Shown one piece after another: positions 59,361-64,000 of a stretch of 64,000 bases of DNA. The notes below the pieces were generated by a model that ran no database searches, was not told the DNA's origin, and worked only from the letters and a program-made list of their open reading frames with translations. The first letter of the stretch is position 1, and each line of letters starts with the position of its first letter. Source of the DNA: Mobula birostris (Eukaryota); the NCBI RefSeq assembly GCF_030028105.1, contig NC_092379.1, forward strand, positions 46,734,150 through 46,798,149, in the 5' to 3' direction. The position numbers and the translations under genes are program-made.

Positions 59361-59519
59361 GTATAACTAAGGGGGAAAATAATGTATGAGCTCTAAAATG
59401 TTTAGCAGGGTGACAATCCCAGCATGTCGGTCTGAGCACGTCCTTTACTCAAAGTGAAATAAGTGGAGAAAGAGGCAAGCTGGGTCAGTAATACCAACCA
59501 ACTACTGATATAGACAGAT

Positions 59520-60530
59520 AAATCAAGTTATGTAAATTTGTTGAACTCATTACTCTGGGAATTAAAAGTATGGAGTCTTATATCGGTGGTGGGCAAACTA
59601 TTAGAGAGGATTGTTAGAGACGGCTTTTACGAGCATGTAGCGAAATGCCTTTGTGTGGTTCAGGCAGTGCCTCGCGAGAGAGATTAACTTTTTAAGGGAA
59701 GTGAAAACAAGAAGGATTAAAGATCGAGCAGTAGATGCGGTGAATATTCATTTTAGTCAGGCACTTGTCAAAGTTTCCCATAGTAGGCTCAATAAGACTG
59801 TCAGGATTGAGGCGATCCTGGGACAGTTGCTGCATAATTTGGAACTGGCTTGCCCACAGAAACAGAACCGTGGCAGTAAATGGAGCGTATTCCGACTGGA
59901 GTTCCGTGAATAGTGATATTCTGCGGGGTAAATGTTATGGCATCCCTGCTCTTTGCAGTTTTTACAAATGAAGAAGTGGAAGGACGTTTTAGTCAGCTTA
60001 TGAATGACACGGATTGGTGGTTTTGTGGATATTGTGGAAGGTTTTCATATGTTGCAATTGGATATTAACAGATGTAGAGCTGGGCTGAGAAGCGGCAGAT
60101 GGAATTCAATGCAGAAAATTGTGAAGAGGTTCACTTTGGAAGGTAAAATTTGAAGGCAGCCTACAGGGTTAATGGCAGGATTCTTACCAGTATATTGGAA
60201 CATAGGGGCTTTGGTGTCGATGTCCATAAATTTCTGTGCAATCGATAAGTTCGCTAAAAAGTATATACTGTGTTGGCCTTTATGAGTCAGAGCATTGGGT
60301 TTAACATCCTCAAAGTAATCTTACAGCTTCATAAACCTCTGTTCTACCACACCGTGTTGTGCTCACTTCTGGTCGCCTCATTAGAGGAAGGATATGGTTA
60401 CTTTAAAGAGGGTCCAGAACAAATTTACCAGGATTCTTGCAAGATCAGAGAGCATGTTGGAGTATGAAAGTTTCTGCACGCTAGGGCGTTTCACTTTGCA
60501 ACGTTGAGGGATGTGAGGTGACCTAATAGC
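59520..60530 (+). mobile_element. Degenerate CR1 RT fragment
   Basis: AVDAVNIHFSQALVKVSH, MLAFMSQSIGF..KVILQLHK motifs. Confidence 0.75.
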
Positions 60531-60569
60531 AGTCACACACATACAAAATGATGGAAGATCTGAGATTGT

Positions 60570-61090
60570 ATCAGTACATCCAATTGAACATTGTCTTTTT
60601 TGTGTGTTTTCCCCCAGCCATCAGTCTGTGGTTTTTTACTGCCATGTGCTCTTGTTTGTTTTCATTCCTCATGTGCTCCTGTCCCCACTCCTGCTCTACT
60701 CCGGCCCCTATATTACTGTGTACTCCGCCTCTCACCTGTTTCTCATTATTACCTGTTTTGCTGCCACTTCTGTCTCATGGTGCTCCACCTACCATCTACC
60801 TCTCTGTTGATTCCTCAGTGTATTTTAGACCTGTGCTTTCACCTGTTTGTCGCCAAATTGTGCCAGTGAATTTTCCTGAGCCTTTCTAGCATTCGTATCT
60901 GTGCTCTGTCCGTCTGAATATCGACTCTGCCTGTTTCCCGATTCTGGTTTTTGGACTTCTCTGGATGTTTTGATTTCTGCCTGAACTTTGACGCCGACTT
61001 TGTTTACACCTCGGGATTTGTTACTCAATTAATATCACTGTGTGCACAGTACTGGGTCTGCGATTGGATCCCTGCTCCAGCGTCCTGACA
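60570..61090 (+). mobile_element. Probable solo LTR of about 0.5 kb inserted in a Penelope tail
   Basis: Ends ...GGATCCCTGCTCCAGCGTCCTGACA. 5' TG at 60567 or 60592 (ambiguous). Penelope repeat continues on both sides. Confidence 0.5.
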
Positions 61091-61094
61091 ATAT

Positions 61095-61760
61095 TTCAGG
61101 CAGCATCCATGTTAAGGAATAAAGAGTCGTTGTTTCTGGTCGAGACCCTTTATCAAAATTAAAAAGGCAGAGTGAAGACGCCAGAATATGAAGCTAGCGG
61201 AGGGGAAGGTTTACATGGTAGAAGGGGATAGGTGAAGCTGCGTTATGGGGAAGATAGGTAACTGGAAAGGGAGGATGAAGTGAAAATCTGTGAAGTGATA
61301 GGTGGAAAACATAGAGGGTTGAAGGAAAAATCTGATAGGAGAGATGAGTAGATAAATGGGAGAAAGGGTAGGAAGAAGGGAGCGGAAAGAATATTGGAAT
61401 TTAGAGAAATCGATGTTCATGCTGGCTACCCAGGTAAAATATAATGTATTTCTCCTCCAACCTCAGGGTGGCGTGATATTGGCAGTACGGGAGGCTATGA
61501 ACTGACATGTCTGAATGGGAAGAGAATCAGAAGTAAAGTGAGTGGCCACCTGGAAATCTTGTTTTTTTTTTTTGTGAATGGAGCATAGGTCCTACTTTGG
61601 GTCTCACTAATGTAAAGATGGACGCAGTGGGAGCACTGGACACAATAGATGGCTCCGACAGTCTTGCAGGTGAACGGTTACCTCACCTAGAAGGCCTGTT
61701 TTTATGACGCTAAATTGTGGTGCGGGAGAAGGTAAATAAGCTGGTGTAGCACCTCTTCTG
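61095..61760 (-). mobile_element. Penelope GIY-YIG and tail fragment with degenerate hammerhead (~61125-61157)
   Basis: Minus strand FTCKTVGAIYCVQCSHCVHLY; TTGATAAAGGGTCTCGACCAGAAAC. Confidence 0.7.
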
Positions 61761-61769
61761 CTTCCAGAG

Positions 61770-62200
61770 ACAAGTGCCAGAAGGGAGATCAATGGGGAGT
61801 GATGAATGGACAATGGAATCACGGACGTGTTTATATAAGTGTAAAAAGATATTAAAAGCCATGGACAGAGTGTACAGCAAAACGCTTTTTCCCCAAAGAG
61901 GCAATGGTAAAAGGAGAGGATATATTTTAAGTTGACTGGAGGAAAGAATAGGGAGAATATCAGACCTAGGTTTCTTAGGAAGGGGTTGGTCGGTGCGTGC
62001 AATGTGCTGACATGCTGTGGTAGAAGATGCCGATAAATTAGAAATATTTAAAAGACTCTAAGGGAGATACATGGATGTAAGTAAAATGGAGTGATATGTT
62101 GAGGGCACTGTTATATTGATCTTACAGTATGTTTAAAAGGCGACAGAGCAGTCTAATTTGCTAAAAGACCTGCATTATGCCGTACTTTTCTCTGCTCTGT
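61770..62200 (+). mobile_element. CR1 3' fragment
   Basis: VYKILKAMDRV...LFP; CR1 3' UTR-like sequence. Confidence 0.65.
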
Positions 62201-64000
62201 GCTCTATGTCCAGAAGAGGTTCAGTGAACTTATACTCAAGGTAGAAACAAATTTTAACCCTTTCAGTATATTGCTCCCAGTCATCTCTGTGGCAACAAAG
62301 TTCTGCGTATGTCAATGCAGTTTTGTCTTACATCGTCTATAATGACCGCTGAGTAGGCATTGCAATTTGGATGTGAAGTTCTTGGAAAGGACACGGGACT
62401 TTCAATGCCGGTATGCTTCAATCTAGCTTGAAAATTGATTACTACCATAAATTAGACAATAAAGGATGTTCTTGCTCCACTTTGGAAGAGTAGGAACAAA
62501 TGACCATCTCTTTGAATGGGAGTTTCCAATGTAATTTTTTTTCCCTAGCTGAAATCATCCTTACATAGACCAATAATTATCCTTCAACATATCTTAGTTA
62601 ATCGTGATAAAGGTATTTCCATGAGAACTCGGATCAAACCGATGCACTGTAGTGTATTTTTGAGGAAAAGATGGCACAGCCTTTGCTTCAGCTTGCTCAC
62701 CCAACCCCCGCCCCCCCCCTCACTCCGTCAACGTGCCTTCCAGTACCGTAAGGATTGTGATATCGGAGCTTCCTGCGTTCACAGAGAACTCACACATTTT
62801 ATAAATTTCCCCATCACCTTGTCTCGTCTTCATGTATTCTATTTCTAATCTTTCCCTTTGCTTTTGAACCTCTTCATTTCTTTTTCAAGAGATAAGTAAG
62901 CCGGATTCTTAACTTCAATTTCACAACCGCCCCATCCAAAGAATTGCGCCTCACTATTTCCACTAGCTCCATCAAAACTCCAGACATATACATACATTTC
63001 CTTTGATCAACTCCTTCCTGCCTCCATACGCCATAATTTCTTTCCCAAAACCAGTCTGACACTGCTTCATGCCACTACAGAACGTAACATCGCGTCCTTT
63101 CATTGCATGCTATTATCCAGAGGCCCATACAATTCAGATACAGCAGAGTTTCAGACAAATACAGAATTTTTATAGTCTAGTACAATATATTAGACGTTCC
63201 AAGGGCTGTCTCCTCCACACTGGAGACATCAGTTGAGGTTCGATTATCACTTTGCAGAATATCTGCATTTGATCCTCATAGGTGACGTGGAATGTCGAGT
63301 TACTTGCTTCAAAACATAACCTTTCAATTCTTGCTCGTGAGGCAAGTTATTCATTCCAGTGAAGAAACTACTAAACGTTTGCCGTATTTTCAGTGCAAAA
63401 GAAAGTTGTCCTTCATTATGCAGACTAAAAATGTGGGCATTATTCAAAGACTGCCTTCGGGCGCACGTTATACTTTTCGACATCTATCTGTTGTGTAATG
63501 AAGCCGAGTGCTGCATAACACACCTTGATTACTCGCGGCCTTGTTTTGCAATATTCCTCCTTTTACGTCCAGCGGTGCTGACCAACTACACAACAGTTCA
63601 GAACATGCCAAAGAAAAATTCATTTTTTGTATTTAACGCAGATAGTGGTTCTTGCTCACGAAAATAATATGTAAAGCTGTAAACAGTGTAATTTAGAGTG
63701 TTAGTTCATTGAGGCGGGTTAAAGAAAATATGAACAGTCACAGACATTACACCACGCGGCACCAGGTGTCAGATTAAGTAGCAAACAGTAAAATACACCA
63801 ACTCCTTCACATCTGACATATGACGGATCAAATGTTGATTGGAAACATAGAGACGCAACGAGCCCATCGACCAATCTTTTTCCTGTAAAAATGTAGCCTC
63901 TAACTGATAATAAATCAAACAATTTACAAGGAAAATATTAAAACATTTTATTTTGTTACTGTACTCTTTCTATCCATTCGGTCGGTTTGACTGTTTGCCT

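Overview
Eukaryotic DNA from a cartilaginous fish. The repeat families suggest a ray (batoid), but that is inference. The window holds one complete, unrearranged IgNAR (heavy-chain-only antibody) cluster on the + strand. Order: octamer/TATA promoter (~30910-30945), leader (31036), VNAR (31199-31473), three D segments with 12/23, 12/22 and 12/12 RSS, one J (32778-32819), C1-C5 (41745-53600), secretory tailpiece (to 53662) and transmembrane exon TM1 (57359-57516). I found no stops or frameshifts in any exon. The V looks type II (CDR1 Cys29), but the V tail, all three Ds and the J each encode extra cysteines. The rest is transposon debris: CR1, Rex1/Babar, Penelope, R4/Dong, RTE, SINEs and solo LTRs. 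Upstream lies an old ERV-L-like provirus (about 6.2-18.9 kb) split by ~10 kb of nested insertions. A Penelope-type tail in the C2-C3 intron carries an intact minimal hammerhead ribozyme on the antisense strand. By eye, CpG depletion relaxes sharply across the IgNAR domain. All alignments, family assignments and counts were done by eye. Repeat boundaries are approximate.
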